This document shows, one piece after another, positions 14,441 to 28,575 of a DNA stretch of 64,000 nt (the stretch's first letter is position 1; every line of letters starts with the position of its first letter). The position numbers and the translations under genes were made by a program. The notes below the pieces were generated by a model. It was not told where the DNA came from. It ran no database searches and saw only the letters and a list, made by a program, of their open reading frames with translations. Source of the stretch: Convolutriloba macropyga (Eukaryota); contig NW_027452803.1 of the NCBI RefSeq assembly GCF_964194025.1, positions 1-64,000 of the forward strand. The letters are read 5' to 3'.

Positions 14441-14995
14441 CCCGGGTCGAGGTTTTGTCAAAAAATAATGTAAGATTAGCGGTGAATAGCGGTGAAAAAA
14501 ACTTCTTTCACCGCAAAGCACCCTCATCTTTTAGCTTTGAATGCGGTGAAAGCGGTGAATTTTTGAAAGATTCGCGGTTTTTAGCGGTGAAATTTTTTTT
14601 ACCGCATTCACCAGATTTCTTACATAAGAGAAACTGCCGTACAGGGGTTCGAACCACTCACTGGATGTCACCAACTACGTATTCCCCATCTGTCACATGC
14701 GTCAACGGTATTTCATGTGAATTTAAGATAAGAGTTGAAATTAGCGATATATATTTTTAAGGTTTGCGATTTTAGCGGTTAAGGTTTGCGATTTCTTTTT
14801 CACCGAATTCTGGTGGTAGTGGTGAAAATTTTTTTCACCGCATTCTGCTGGTGGCGATGAAAAACTTTCTTTCACCACTTAAAAAGACTTTTTCACCGCA
14901 TTCATTGCATTGAGCGCAAATCTTAAACTTTTTACTCAAATTCACCGCAAATCTTTCATCTTTTAGCGTTTTGAGCGGTGACATCTCGACCCGGG
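14441..14995. mobile_element. MITE with CCCGGGTCGAG TIRs and 2-bp GA TSD
   Basis: Perfect 11-bp TIR (cccgggtcgag / ctcgacccggg), GA on both flanks, interior packed with gcggtgaa/ttcaccgc motifs in both orientations. Confidence 0.8.
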
Positions 14996-17244
14996 GAAGA
15001 TGTGAAGAAAGGCTGCTGTTAAACTGATCTCCTATAAAAACAGGAAAACAGGAAATAAGTGTTTGTTGACATGTGTGCGTTTTGCGACGCCTCGTGGCAA
15101 ATATTTGCATAAGTTTAAGTACTATTTTACATTTAATCTATTCAAGAGCAAAATTATTGTTCTCATTCAACACTTGCCAGTTCTCACTACCAGTTCCAAA
15201 ATAGGGTTTCAAACTTTATATTGGGTATAACAAAAAATATCGATTCCCGTTTTCTAATGCAACAGAAAAAACTCAAAACAATATATCCAAAATATACAAT
15301 AAACCATAATGCCATAATATATACAACAAACCCTCTTAACTAAATTCTTCTTTTTGAATTCCCAAAGGAATGTGTGTATGCTCTTCGAAAGCGTTTGCAT
15401 TGACACAATAACTCTGACTTACCTGTTTTTTATTCAAAAAAAATCATCTTGGAATGTTTTTAGAGATAACAATAAATATATCAATTTTCCTCAGAGATCC
15501 CGGGAATTTAAGAAACAAAGCTGGAAGTTTTTCTTTAAATTTTTTTTTGTATTCAGTAGACTGATTTTTTTCGCGACGACAGAATGTGAAGATATTTTTT
15601 TCAACACGCAGAAGGTTCTAATTCTCTAAATCATTGATGCTTAGATTTTTCCATCGTCTTGAGGCTATGGATCCTCGTAAGCAACAAATATAACATTTGG
15701 AAGCTAAAGAAAGGGAAATTGATGTATATGAAGAACGGAATCTACAATATAAACATCTTAACGTTAAAAATGTGTAATGAGTATGATTGGTCTCCGATTT
15801 TAAAAAATCTATTCCAAATATGAGCTAATGTTTATTTCCTGAGACCAAAAGAACATATCACATCTAAAATTAATTTAAAAATTTTCGAAAAAGAAATATC
15901 TTATTTCTCAGATAGAAAACAGATGTCGAAAATTTATACAGTCTTTCTACTTGTTAAACGCTAAATTTGTATGTAAACGAATATCAAAACAAAATCTCTG
16001 ATCTAAGTTGTGTTTAAAACAAAAGAGTTTTGGGCAAGTTAAATATAATTTTCGTTTGCTCAGCAAGAAACCTGCGTCTCAAGCTAGATACAATAGCATC
16101 TGGCGTGTGACAAAGATTCCACGTTGAGTGAATGAAAGATATAATTACGGGGGCGCTCAAAATTGTGTTAAAAAACAACTATAAAACCAAAAAAAAAAAT
16201 TGCTTTCCGTTTTGAGCATTCAGGCTTACAAACAATTGAGTTCACAAAGTGCGTCGATAAATTAACTAAATAGTTTGTAAGCATTGGAGTGCTGCCAAAT
16301 AGACTTTACTTTGAGGTGCTCTTAAATTTTTTGCCGATAGTGGAACTAAATTGAGTTAATTGTTTCTCAATATCATTATACAGCTGTTTTTCCACGATAT
16401 TTATGTCGCAAGTTCTGGCTTCAGTAGTTTATGCTATTTTTGATGTTGTATGCTTTTCTTCTACTATCAGGATTCATGGATCATTTCAAACTCTAAAATT
16501 AGGGATTCGGAAAATCAGTTTTGATTTCAAAGAACTTAAACTGACGCTCCAAACCCCCGAGAAACATTGATTCAGTAGCAAAAAAAGAACGCTCAAATGA
16601 ATTTTTCAGCCTAAAAATATTGGTTTAAAAGAAACTTTTTTGTTCTGTCGTCAATTGACCCTGCGTTATTAAGTCGTATTTAGGTTTAGAAAACTTTTTC
16701 ATCAAAGATACTTAAGTTGTTCGGCTTTTATTCTAGATATACTCTAGTGAGGTTTTCAGTGATTCCGTTCCAAAGGTAATGACTCTCTTAGCCCTACGTC
16801 TTCTTGACAAGACGTGAAATTTCTTTTTGAAATATGATTTTTCTTAACTGCACATCTGCAGGACTCTCAGATTATCGTTTTTTCATGATTAATTGTTTTA
16901 AGTTGAGGCACTGATATGAAAATAGTCTATAATTGCTTGAAAACAACAGATGCTGATAATATTAGAATAGAATTGGCTAAATGCCAGTTCTCGAAAATTG
17001 CCGTTGAATGGTTGTTTGAATATTGCTTTACACATGAAACGAAATGTTTTTCAAGTCCCAAGCAGCTGTATTTCTTACATCGAAAAGGCAGGCGAAAGTG
17101 GAAACTTTGATATAATTCTTAGAATCTGTTGATATCCTAAGTATAATTATCTTCTGTCGTTTTTTTTTTAAATAGTGCTGAAAAAAACTACATGAATTTT
17201 GACATTTAAGAATCATCATTTTCAAAACAATAAGCAGCATATAT

Positions 17245-18057
17245 TGTAACGGCTGCTCTCCCAATCGGTTGCGACGAGGAAAGTTTTACAACGCCCAGTT
17301 CGTTCTGAGTGGTTCCAAAATCTGTCCGGATATTTTGTCTTTGCTGTTCGCTTTTGTATCTGTATATCCACTATGTTCTTATAGTTGCATTACAATTCAG
17401 TTCGTAACTATTTGCTAATCTTAGTTTTTTCAGTATCGAATCGGACTGGATTTGCTACAGGTGACAAAATACGGGATCTGTTAATGTATACCAGTTCAGT
17501 CCAAAAACCGAAGACAAAGATATATGTCTAAGACCTGTTTATGCAAAAATATTTAAATTTAAACTTATGTTGGATTTGGCTTTTGTACTCAAGAGTTGAA
17601 ATACCAGAAGCTGGGGTTCGTAACAGTTGAATTGCAGCACCAATAAATCGTAGATACAAGACACAGTAACAAATAATATGCTGCTCAAGAATAACTTTCA
17701 ATACAAAACACAGTAACAATTGACTGCTCGAGAATATATTAAACGCAAGACACAGTAACACGTTTTTACTGCTAAAGTCAAATTATTGTTGCAATTTATT
17801 GCTGAGTTATATGCAGAAAGCCGTTTTCTGCGGCTGCATTTGCTGTGTGTTGTTGCTAATACTGTTGAGTCTGTATACGTTGCTAGTGTTATTTCCCTCT
17901 TTTTCTCCACCTCACGTGACTATGACTGTACTAGTAACTATAACAAAAACTGGGACTATTAAGATGACTAATAGACAACTAATACAATAAGTTTTCCTAT
18001 CTCTGTTTTTATGCTGATGCATTTTCTTAAGCATGTTTTAAAAGCTCAGCCTCAACA
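17245..18057 (-). repeat. 3' LTR of element 1
   Basis: tgtaacggctgc...gcctcaaca. About 12 differences from the other LTR in the first ~170 bp, counted by eye. Confidence 0.95.
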
Positions 18058-21000
18058 TCGCCGGCCCTGTTTTCCCTCGGGAGAACATCTTCGTCAATCA
18101 ATAGCACCGGAGCGAGCTTCACAACAGGCCTCTTGTACACTCCGTCTTTCGTTTGAACCGTTACCGATCGAATTGCTCCGTCAGAACCTTTGATGGTTTC
18201 TGTAACTCGACCAATTTTGTAATACCCTCGTTTGTCACTCTCTTCCACTACCAGCATAAGATCACCTTGTTGAAGACTTCTGTCCGTTGTGGACTGCCAA
18301 TTTTTTTTGACTCTTCAGCAATGGTAGGTATATTTTACGCAATCTGTCCCACATGAGGTCTGCGTAAGCTTGGGTTTGTCGAAAGAATTTTCGATTGTCG
18401 ACGAATTCCTCTGCGCATGATAAATAAAGTAGACAAACATTTTTGTTAACAAGCAAAAATTGATTTGGGGAAATAGCTTCCAAATGGTTTACATCAGAAC
18501 TGAATGTTGTCAATGGTCTAGCATTCAATGTTTGCTCAACAAGACACCTTGTGGCTGAGAGAACATCTTCAGTAATTGACCGATTGCCCAGCAATTCGTA
18601 CATTGCCTTCTTGCAACTTCTGACCAGTCTATCCCACACTCCTCCAAAGTGGGGTGATGCGGGTGGAATGAACTTTCATCTGATTCCCTTCTGCACTATA
18701 TGTTCCTCAATCCTTTCGCGGTTCCATGCTGCGACATGCTCTTTGATCTCTAGATCTGCTTCAATGAAATTTGTCCCGTTATTGCTTATCCTTTTTACTG
18801 GTTTGCCTCTTCAAGCAATGAATCGCTTGGTTGCGTTCAGACAACTATCAGTGTCCAGCTTTGGTACAATCTCTATGTGCACCGCTCGTACAGTAAGGCA
18901 TGCGAATAGACAGCACCATTGCTTTTCGTTTCTTCGACCAATCTCTATTGTGAATACTCCAAAATAGTCTACGCGCACATTCGAGAACACTGTTGAAGCG
19001 ACTAATTGTTCTTCACGTAGATCTGCCACTAATGGTGCCTTTGCTTGGACCCTGCACTTTGGACATCGAATGCATTTGTTTTGATCGATCTCAAAGCATT
19101 TCGTATGCCTAGGATCCAGAATTTCTGCCGAACTATGTTTCTGACATGTTCAGTAACTTCGTGATGACTAATCTTCTGTTCATTTCGTATGAATAACTCA
19201 ACTACATGGTGCTTCCAATGCAATAGTATGGAATGCTTGTTTTCGAAGTTCAATTGACTTTTACCTATTCTGCCTTGGGCACGAATAAGTCCTTGCTGGT
19301 CGATGAACGGTGAAAACTGAAGGATTTCGCTGTTTTTTTGAATTTATTTCTCAACCATGAGATACTTAATCTCATCAGCAAACTGTTCTTGCTGAAAGAG
19401 CCTAAAAATGCGTGGTTGTGCTTTTTCTTTTTCTTCAAAACTTAGTGTTTTTGTTGCCGGCTTGTGTCTGTTAAATACGCGCCGCACGTATGCCACTGTG
19501 TTAACCAGTCGATTGAAATTGCTAAGGGGTTTTCATTGAACGATTCGTTCCTTTTCTTTGGTTGTAGATATGAAGGCCGTTGGTTCGTTTTGTTTGTCGG
19601 AGGCGAATTTTAAATTCATCTGTTCAGGCCATTCGTTATTTGGTTGCTTCAGCCAGGACGGCTCAGTGAGCCACTCACTTCTCTTGAGTTGATCAACATT
19701 GATGACTTTTGTCTCGATGTGGGCTGGATTGTTGATACCACTCACATGATGCCACTGTGAAACGTCAGTTGTATCTAAAATCGCTATAACTCGATTGGCT
19801 ACAAACACCTGTTGTTTGCGGTGAGAGCTGTGTATCCATTGCAGAACAGTAGTAGAGTCTGTCCAAAAGTAACAATTTTGAATCTTTGATTCGTGTTCTT
19901 TAAGAATCTGTTCTTTGAGTCTCACTGCCATGACCGCCGCTTGTAGTTCCAAACGTGGCATCGAATTGTGTCGCATCGGCACGTTTCTGCACATTTCGAC
20001 CACAAATGCTAAGTCTGCTGAGTAATCCTTGGGCTTTGAACGTAAGCATGCCACTGCGCACATTGTGTCTTCGGATGCGTCAGCGAAAACATGAAGTTCC
20101 CATTTGTCTGTGGCTGTGCTGAAGTATCTTCTGTCAACGCTGGTTTCTGCTGCTTCTGGAAGCTGGTCTTTCCATTTCAGAAACTCCTCTTCGTCGTTAG
20201 GTTCAACTAAGTTGTCCCAATGTTGCCCATCTGCGGTCCAAATCCTCTTCAGAAGTCGTCTCATGTGAACTCGGAATGGTGCAAACAACGCGAGGTGATC
20301 AAACACTACTGATGAAACTAGAGGCAAGGTCTTCCTCTGTGTGATTGCGGTTTCAGATTTTTGCTGGTACCTCTGCAAACCTGTAAGCTGTCTTCTTCAA
20401 CAGCCCACTGAAGTCCAAGCACGGACGAACCCACCTTACTAATTTCTACTTACACTTGTTTTGCGTCGATGATTGATCTTAAGTCCCCAGGGGTTTCTTT
20501 GGTCACTCTATTGCAGTTAATGATTCACTTTTTCAGTTCGAATCCATATTTCGACAGAAAAGGTTGTAATTGCTTAAAAACACTGATTGCTTCTTCAAGA
20601 GTGTCGACTGACTTGTTGAAATCTTCCAAGTAGAAGTTGTTTTGGATCGTTTTTGCTACAATCGGAGACTCGTCCTCGTTGTCGATCGCGACCCGCTTCA
20701 GAGCGTAGTTTGCACACTTTGGTAAACTCTTTGCACCAAAGACATGACGTGGATACTCGTTAGTCCGCACAGGTTCGTTCATTGTTGATCGTCACAGAAA
20801 TCTCAAGCAGCTTTTATCTTGTTCAGCAACCTGCACTCGCGAAAATACTGATTCAATATCTGCAGTTAGTGCTATTGCTCCTTCTCGAAATCGGAATATT
20901 GCTCCAATCAATCCGTGTAGTAGATCGGGTCTTGCTAAAAACTTGTCATTTAGGCAAATATCCTTGTATTTTGCTGCAGCGTTGCAAACACGGCGCACTT

Positions 21001-23920
21001 TTCAAGGCTTGTTTGGGTTCAAAACTGGATGGTGTGGCAAATATCATTCCTTTCCCAAAGTTCCTTTGACTTCCGATTTGCCGAAGATCTTCACAAATCC
21101 TTTTTAACATCTGTATCAAAAGACTGTTGATACACTTCTTTCCAGGTTGGGTCACGTTGGAATCTTTGTTCCAATGAGTAGAGCTGACCTAGGGCTGAAC
21201 CAGAGTTGTTGGGAAGATTGGGTTCTGGTTCACTCCAGAGCATGCTCACTTCGTATCGCTCAACTGTAAACTTTGTCGTGGTCTCTAAGGACTTCTGAGC
21301 TTGTTGCTCTTTCATTGACTGACTGACGACGTTGACTTTCTATTGTATTTCTGGTTTCTAGCTCCCACCAGGATTGAATGTTTTCTGCCATTTTCACGTC
21401 TTCTGTAATGGCAAAATGACAAACATTTTGTCTTCTTTTGCTTTTCATGGGTCCACTGACTACACACCCTAATTCCGTCCGGACAGCGACAGGTTCACTT
21501 CGTGTTCCTATCTTTTACTCTAATGCTTTTTGTAGTTCATAGGCATCTTGACCGAGAACGATGCCAGCTTCCATCAAATTGAAACTTCTTTTTGGAGGTA
21601 AACTCAAGTGGCTGAAACTTTGTTGTTGCAGTCATAATTTGTATATCTCATTGAAATTGACTGATGTACAAACACCTCAAGCGAGTGCAACCTTGAATGT
21701 TGTACCTTTTTTGTTAGATGAACTTTTTTGGTCTTCAGATCTTTCGTTCCGTGACTGCCAGCTATGTTAAGCGTAACATCTGTGCCTCGAGCTTGCAATT
21801 TCTTTCGAATGATTTGATCGATGATTTTGACGAATCCACTATCGAGGAAAAGCATATGTGTTTAGTCGGTTACTGCCACTCTGAATTGACACAAGAACTA
21901 TCTGACGAAAGCTTCTAACTTCATTACTTTGACTTATTGTGGCAGCACCTACGTTGACAGCGTGATTGCCCTCGTCCATTTGGTATTTCGAGTGTAGCAA
22001 TCGCTTGTGCTTTTTGGTACATCCATTTATGCCGCACGCGTTGACTTTGCAATCTTTGATTGCATGTACTTTTCCCAGACATCCATAACATAAGCGTTGC
22101 TTCATCACTGCTATATATAATGATCGTTAATATTCATTTTCTTGAATAACGGACAATTCCAAATATAGTGGGTGCCATCAGCAAGCGGACATTGATCGCT
22201 TTGCGTTGGTTTTGTTTGTTTTACATTGTGTTCAATTTTTTTTTCTCCTTTTGTATTGCGCCTGTCTTCTTCTTTAAGCTCACTTTTAAACGCTGAGAAT
22301 CCTTCATGCACAAATGCCGTTCGAGATAGCCATTTTTCAAACATAATTAGATCAGGCCAGTCCTCGTCCTTGTCATCAAAATAGAACTACCCTTTCTCTT
22401 AGCGTGTCTGTGGTAGCCTATCAATTGCCATATACAACGTTGAACTTGATTGCAGATCATCAATTTGTTTCTACTCTTTGAGCACGTTCACAAAGTTAGA
22501 GACGATAATAGAAAACTGAATCAGGCTTGCTGAGTAATGAGGCTTCACTTGATTCGCTTTTCGTTGGCTCTCGAGCTGCGCATCTATAATTACATGCGGT
22601 CTTCCGATTTTTTTTCTAGTATGCTCCAGGCAGCGGTGTAAAAATGTCTAGAATATCCCATTCCCAAGATTGCGGATTTTGCTTTGCGTGTTAGTAGCGT
22701 CTTCAAGTGGCTGATTTTCTCCGAATTGGGAATCGTGCGTTTATGTACTGTTGAGAAAAACATTCTAGACGATTCAGGCCACTCCAGCGCATTTCCGTCA
22801 AAACTATTCAACTTCATTTTTGGCAAACAGCTACTGCTGGAATGTCCAGTGTTAGTTTCACATATCTACTTTGTGCAAAACAACTCTGTCTTCAACACTT
22901 GCTGAATGATCCTGAGATTTTAGTTATCGTGAATAATGTAAATCTTCACTCCGTTCACGGTTGATAATAAAGCGGGTTTTTGGTCGAGATGGTGTTTGTG
23001 TTTCGCTCATCGTATTGGCCCACTCCGAGACATCTCTTTTTTTTTACTGAGACCGCACATCATCCAATTCCAATGTTGTGATTGGCAATTTGCGATCTAC
23101 CTCTCGCTCCCTTCCCGAAGCTGATGATGCATCTCTAATTCAATCCGTTTGCATTTCTAAATCAAGTTTCTGTCTCTCAAACTGTGTTCTTTCGAGTTGT
23201 AATTTTGTTTCGAATTCATTTTTGAAATCCCTCAATTTTTCTTCGATCCTTCTTTTCGCTGAGGATGTTTCCGATCTGTTCTCTGGATCTTGATTGTTTG
23301 ATTGTCCGTCTCGTGTAATGGTGTTCCGTGTCCTTTGGTTTGTGTTGTCATTTCCTTCTGAGAGATAACGGTTTTGATCAGTCGGCAGTGAATCAATTAC
23401 TGGCGGCTCTGCTTCAGATGCAGAAACACTTGAATGACTTTGTTGATTCGACATAATTTTCTGACCGTGAATATATGGTATTTGCGTTTTTTGTTTTTAA
23501 GAAATTTAGTCGTTTCCAGAATTGTTTGAACGGCTTCCTGACGTTCAAATATTTCTGGATCAAAAAGAATATTTGCTCGCTTCCGAAGAAGAATGCAGAG
23601 AGAGTCGTCAAATATCAGTACCTGTTGATCAATTGTTTTGAGTTTGTTTGATCTATCGTTGTTTCTTATTAGCTCCTGGCCCTCCTGAGTTTTTGCTTCG
23701 AGTTGTTTTTTTTTCGGCAGTTGCTAATCCGTCTGCAAAATGCTTTGACTCAGTGACGGAGTCACTTCGTTTGTACTTTGGGGCTGCAGCTTGAATCTCG
23801 TCAGTACTTCTCTATATTTGCTACAATTAAGCCTTGGTATTCAATCTCTAATGCACTTTGCTTAATTGGCTTTGCGTCATTGAATTGCATGCTGAGCTTT
23901 GTTTCATTGGCTGATGCATT
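18027..23920 (-). pseudogene. gag-pol of element 1 (many stops and frameshifts)
   Basis: Gag FDGNALEWPE...KISHLKTLL; knuckle CYGCLGKVHAIKDC; RT LTADIE, HVFGAKSLP, NFYLED (YxDD degenerate); RNaseH HVFADAS, PRLELQAA, FWTDS; integrase VDYFG, RAVHIEIV, PHFGGVWDRLV, LNARPLT, YKRPVVKL. Confidence 0.95.
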
Positions 23921-23964
23921 TGGCACTTCACTTGTTGAGTTGGACAGCAGTTTGTTTTTCACTG

Positions 23965-23981
23965 TCCGGATCAGAGGACCA
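23965..23981 (-). promoter_or_regulatory. Primer-binding site, tRNA-Tyr-like
   Basis: Minus strand TGGTCCTCTGATCCGGA next to the 5' LTR resembles TGGTCCTTCGAGCCGGA, the complement of the tRNA-Tyr 3' end. Confidence 0.7.
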
Positions 23982-23985
23982 AAAA

Positions 23986-24806
23986 TAACGGCTGCTCTCC
24001 CAATCGTTTGCGATGAGGAAAGTTTTACACCGGCCAGTTCGTTCTGAGTGGTTCCAAAATCTGTCCAGATTTTTTGTCTTTGCGGTTTGTTTTTGTAACT
24101 GTATATCCACTATGTTCTTACAGTTGCATTACAAATCAGTTCGTAACTATTTGCTAATCTTAGTTTTTTCAGTATCAAATCGGAGTGGATTTGCTACAAA
24201 TCACACAATACGGGATCTATTTATGTATACCAGTTCAATTCGATGGAAAAAAATCGAAGACAAAGATATATGTCTAAGACCTGTTTATGCAAAAATATTT
24301 TAACTTAAACTTATGTTGGTTTTGGCTTTTGTACTCAAGAGTTGAAATACCAGAAGCTGGGGTTCGTAACAGTTGAATTGCAGCACCAATAAATCTTAGA
24401 TACAAGACACAGTAACAAATAGTATGCTGCTCGAGAATAACTTTCAATACAAAACACAGTAACAATTTACTGCTCGATAATATATTAAATGCAAGACACA
24501 GTAACACGTTTTTTACTGCTCAAGTCAAAATATTGTTGCAATTTATTGCTGAGTTATATGAAGAAAGCCGTTTTCTGCGGCTGCTTTTGCTGTGTGTTGT
24601 TGCTAATACTGTTGAGTCTGTATACGTTGCTAGCGTTATTTCCCTCTTTTTCTCCACATCACGAGATTATGACTGCACTAGTAACTATAACAAAAACTGG
24701 GACTATTACGATGACTAATAGACAACTAATACAAAAGTTTTTTCCCTATCTAAGTTTTTATGCTGACGCATTTTCCTAAGCATGTTGTGAAAGCTCAGCC
24801 TCAACA
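23986..24806 (-). repeat. 5' LTR of element 1
   Basis: taacggctgc...gcctcaaca, homologous to 17247-18057. Confidence 0.95.
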
Positions 24807-25450
24807 TATATAAATGCAAAGAAAAAATACTTACTATCATCCCGTCTCGAAAACGAGAATCTAATGTGATACGTCACGAACAGTGATAGGTGCTGCATTA
24901 GAACACCAAACACAAAAGGGATGAAAAACAAATGTATCCGCAGCGTATGTTGTCAAAACAAGAAAAGAGTGATACAGACTCAATTAACTTTGATTGCTAG
25001 GCTCGGTTTGGTCGGTTGAGTATTTAAAAAACTACTTATTTGGAATTCTTTTTGCAATTAGTATATATAACACAGCTTTTTCATCATATCGAAGGAACCT
25101 CACTTGAAAAAATCTTAGAAATGCAAACTGTCATATTGGTTTGATAGAATCTGTCCTTTTTACACGTTACTGATCAGATTATAAGGGGAAAACGGGAATT
25201 TTAGGTTAAATTTCGCAGGAAAAATGAAAAAAAAAAACCAAAAAAGACAGACACATTTGACAAAGAGTTGGTAAATTTGACCCTGGAGATTTCAGTTCAT
25301 GTTTCAGGAAAATTTCGACGGCAATGTAAATAAGTTCTTCACAAAGTACTTTCGCACAATCTTCGCCTCCAAAAGCGCGCCTCCAAAGTCTTGAAGAAAA
25401 ATTTTTATGAGGAAGTCAACAAACATGAGGATCTGTGTGCAGCCATTGCG

Positions 25451-25663
25451 TGTTAATGCCTCACATTAACTTCGATGATTTTACCGCAATTGTAAGATTG
25501 ATTCTCATGACTTTATAACCCAAAATTGTAAGAGAATGAGAAGTCGACTGTAACCGTGAAATGTAAAATGATGTTATTGATGTATAAAGGAACCAAACAA
25601 GAGAAACTATGGGAATTGAAACCTTGAAGATAACATTTATCACTGCGGGATCAAGCGTTATCA
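25451..25663 (+). repeat. 5' LTR of element 2
   Basis: tgttaatgcc...gcgttatca. Five substitutions vs the 3' LTR by eye. Confidence 0.96.
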
Positions 25664-25996
25664 TTTTAGCGCTTGACTATGAAGCAAAGGGAAGCGTCGC
25701 ACAGATAAGAAATGCATAAAATTTGTGAAACTATAAAGAGTCCGCATTAACATTTTCGTGACTAACTTCAGGTAATACCCATCGCTTAGAACACCACTTT
25801 TTCCTGCTTGGGTTATCATTTTCGGGAATTGTACTGTAATAATTGTACTGCTCATTGAAATAATCAACAACTAGCATATATCGAACATCAAAGCAATTAT
25901 TTTAGTCGTGTGCGTTTATTTTGAATTGTTACATTAAAGAGTTCAGGTCCGGTGAAAAATTTTGCAAAGATTTTATTGACCAGCATGATGATGAGG

Positions 25997-28575
25997 ATCC
26001 AGCCAGCCCACTCAGGCCAATCTGAGCCATCAGCAGCTGCACCCAACAGCCTCCAGTGTTCTGCCAGCGGAACCAGCTTGCAGTAGACCCCCGCTACTGC
26101 CCTCCAACAGCCAGCCATCCCACTCAGGCCAACCTGAGTCATCATCAGCTGCACCCAACAGCCTCCAGTGTTCTGCCAACGGAATCAGCTTGCATTAGAC
26201 CCCCACTACTGCACTCCAACAGCCAGCCAGTCCACTCAGGCCACCCTGAGTCGTCATCAGCTGCACCCGACAGCCTCCAGTGTTCTGCCAGCAGAACCAG
26301 CTTGCAGTAGACCCCCACTACTGCCCCCCAACAGCCAGCTAGTCCACTCAGGCCAACCTGAGTCATCATCAGCTGCACCCAACAACCTCCAGTGTTCTGC
26401 CAGCGGAACCAGCTTGCAGTAGACCCCCACTACTGCCCTCCAACAGCCAGCCATCCCACTCAGGCCAACCTGAGTCATCATCAGCTGCACCCAACAGCCT
26501 CCAGTGTTCTGCCATCTGAACCAGATTGCAGTAGACCCCCACTACTGCCCTCCAACAGCCAGCCATCCCGCTCAGGCCAACCTGAGTCATCATCAGCTGC
26601 ACCCAACAGCCTCCAGTGTTCTGCAAGTGGAACCAGCTTGCAGTAGACCCCCACTACTGCCCTCCAACAGCCAGCCATCCCACTCAGACCAACATGAGTC
26701 ATCATCAGCTGCACCCAACAGCCTCCAGTGTTCTGCCAGTGGAACCATCTTGCAGTAGACCCCCACTACTGCCATCCAACAGCCAGCCATCCCACTCAGG
26801 CCAAACTGAGTCATCATCAGCTGCACCCAACAGCCTCCAGTGTTCTGCTAGCGGAATCAGCTGGCAGTAGACCCCCACTACTGCCCTCCAACTGCCAGCC
26901 AGTCCACTCAGGCCAACCTGAGTCGTCATCAGATGCACCCAACAGCCTCCAGTGTTCTGCCAGCAGAACCAGCTTGCAGTAGACCCCCACTACTGCCCTC
27001 CAACAGCCAGCTAGTCCACTCAGGCCAACCTGAGTCATCATCAGCTGCACCCAACAAACTCCAGTGTTCTGCCAGCGGAACCAGCTTGCAGTAGACCCCC
27101 ACTACTGCCCTCCAACTGCCAGCCAGTCCACTCAGGCCAACCTGAGTCGTCATCAGATGCACCCAACAGCCTCCAGTGTTCTGCCAGCAGAACCAGCTTG
27201 CAGTAGACCCCCACTACTGCCCTCCAACAGCCAGCTAGTCCACTCAGGCCAACCTGAGTCATCATCAGCTGCACCCAACAACCTCCAGTGTTCTGCCAGC
27301 GGAACCAGCTTGCAGTAGACCCCCACTACTGCCCTCCAACAGCCAGCCATCCCACTCAGGCCAACCTGAGTCATCATCAGCTGCACCCAACAGCCTCCAG
27401 TGTTCTGCCATCTGAACCAGATTGCAGTAGACCCCCACTACTGCCCTCCAACAGCCAGCCATCCCGCTCAGGCCAACCTGAGTCATCATCAGCTGCACCC
27501 AACAGCCTCCAGTGTTTTGCAAGTGGAACCAGCTTGCAGTAGACCCCCACTACTGCCCTCCAACAGCCAGCCATCCCACTCAGACCAACATGAGTCATCA
27601 TCAGCTGCACCCAACAGCCTCCAGTGTTCTGCCAGTGGAACCATCTTGCAGTAGACCCCCACTACTGCCATCCAACAGCCAGCCATCCCACTCAGGCCAA
27701 ACTGAGTCATCATCAGCTGCACCCAACAGCCTCCAGTGTTCTGCTAGCGGAATCAGCTGGCAGTAGACCCCCACTACTGCCCTCCAACTGCCAGCCAGTC
27801 CACTCAGGCCAACCTGAGTCGTCATCAGATGCACCCAACAGCCTCCAGTGTTCTGCCAGCAGAACCAGCTTGCAGTAGACCCCCACTACTGCCCTCCAAC
27901 AGCCAGCTAGTCCACTCAGGCCAACCTGAGTCATCATCAGCTGCACCCAACAAACTCCAGTGTTCTGCCAGCGGAACCAGCTTGCAGTAGACCCCCACTA
28001 CTGCCCTCCAACAGCCATCCAGTCCACTCAGGCCAACCTGAGCCGTCATCAGCTGAACCCAACAGCCTCCAGTGTTCTGCCAGTGGAACCAGCTTGCAGT
28101 AGACCCCCACTACTGCCCTCCAACAGCCAGCCATCCCACTCAGACCAACCTGAGTCATCATCAGCTGCACGCAACAGCCTCCAGTGTTCTGCCAGTGGAA
28201 CCATCTTGCAGTAGACCCCCACTACTGCCATCCAACAGCCAGCCATCCCACTCAGGCCAAACTGAGTCATCATCAGCTGCACCCAACAGCCTCCAGTGTT
28301 CTGCTAGCGGAATCAGCTGGCAGTAGACCCCCACTACTGCCCTCCAACTGCCAGCTAGTCCACTCAGGCCAACCTGAGTCATCATCAGCTGCACCCAACA
28401 AACTCCAGTGTTCTGCCAGCGGAACCAGCTTGCAGTAGACCCCCACTACTGCCCTCCAACAGCCATCCAGTCCACTCAGGCCAACCTGAGCCGTCATCAG
28501 CTGAACCCAACAGCCTCCAGTGTTCTGCCAGCAGAACCAGCTTGCAGTAGACCACCACACTTGCCCTCCAACAGC
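25997..28575. repeat. 112-bp minisatellite A (~23 copies) in the leader of element 2
   Basis: Unit cagcctccagtgttctgccagcggaaccagcttgcagtagacccccactactgccctccaacagccagccatcccactcaggccaacctgagtcatcatcagctgcacccaa. The ORF track repeats every 112 bp. Confidence 0.97.

Larger units (their letters stand above)
17245..24806 (-). mobile_element. BEL/Pao LTR retrotransposon 1 (full-length, decayed)
   Basis: ~815-bp direct repeats at both ends, outer termini TG...CA, TATAT TSD (17240-17244 / 24807-24811), and gag-PR-RT-RNaseH-IN fragments in BEL order. Confidence 0.96.
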
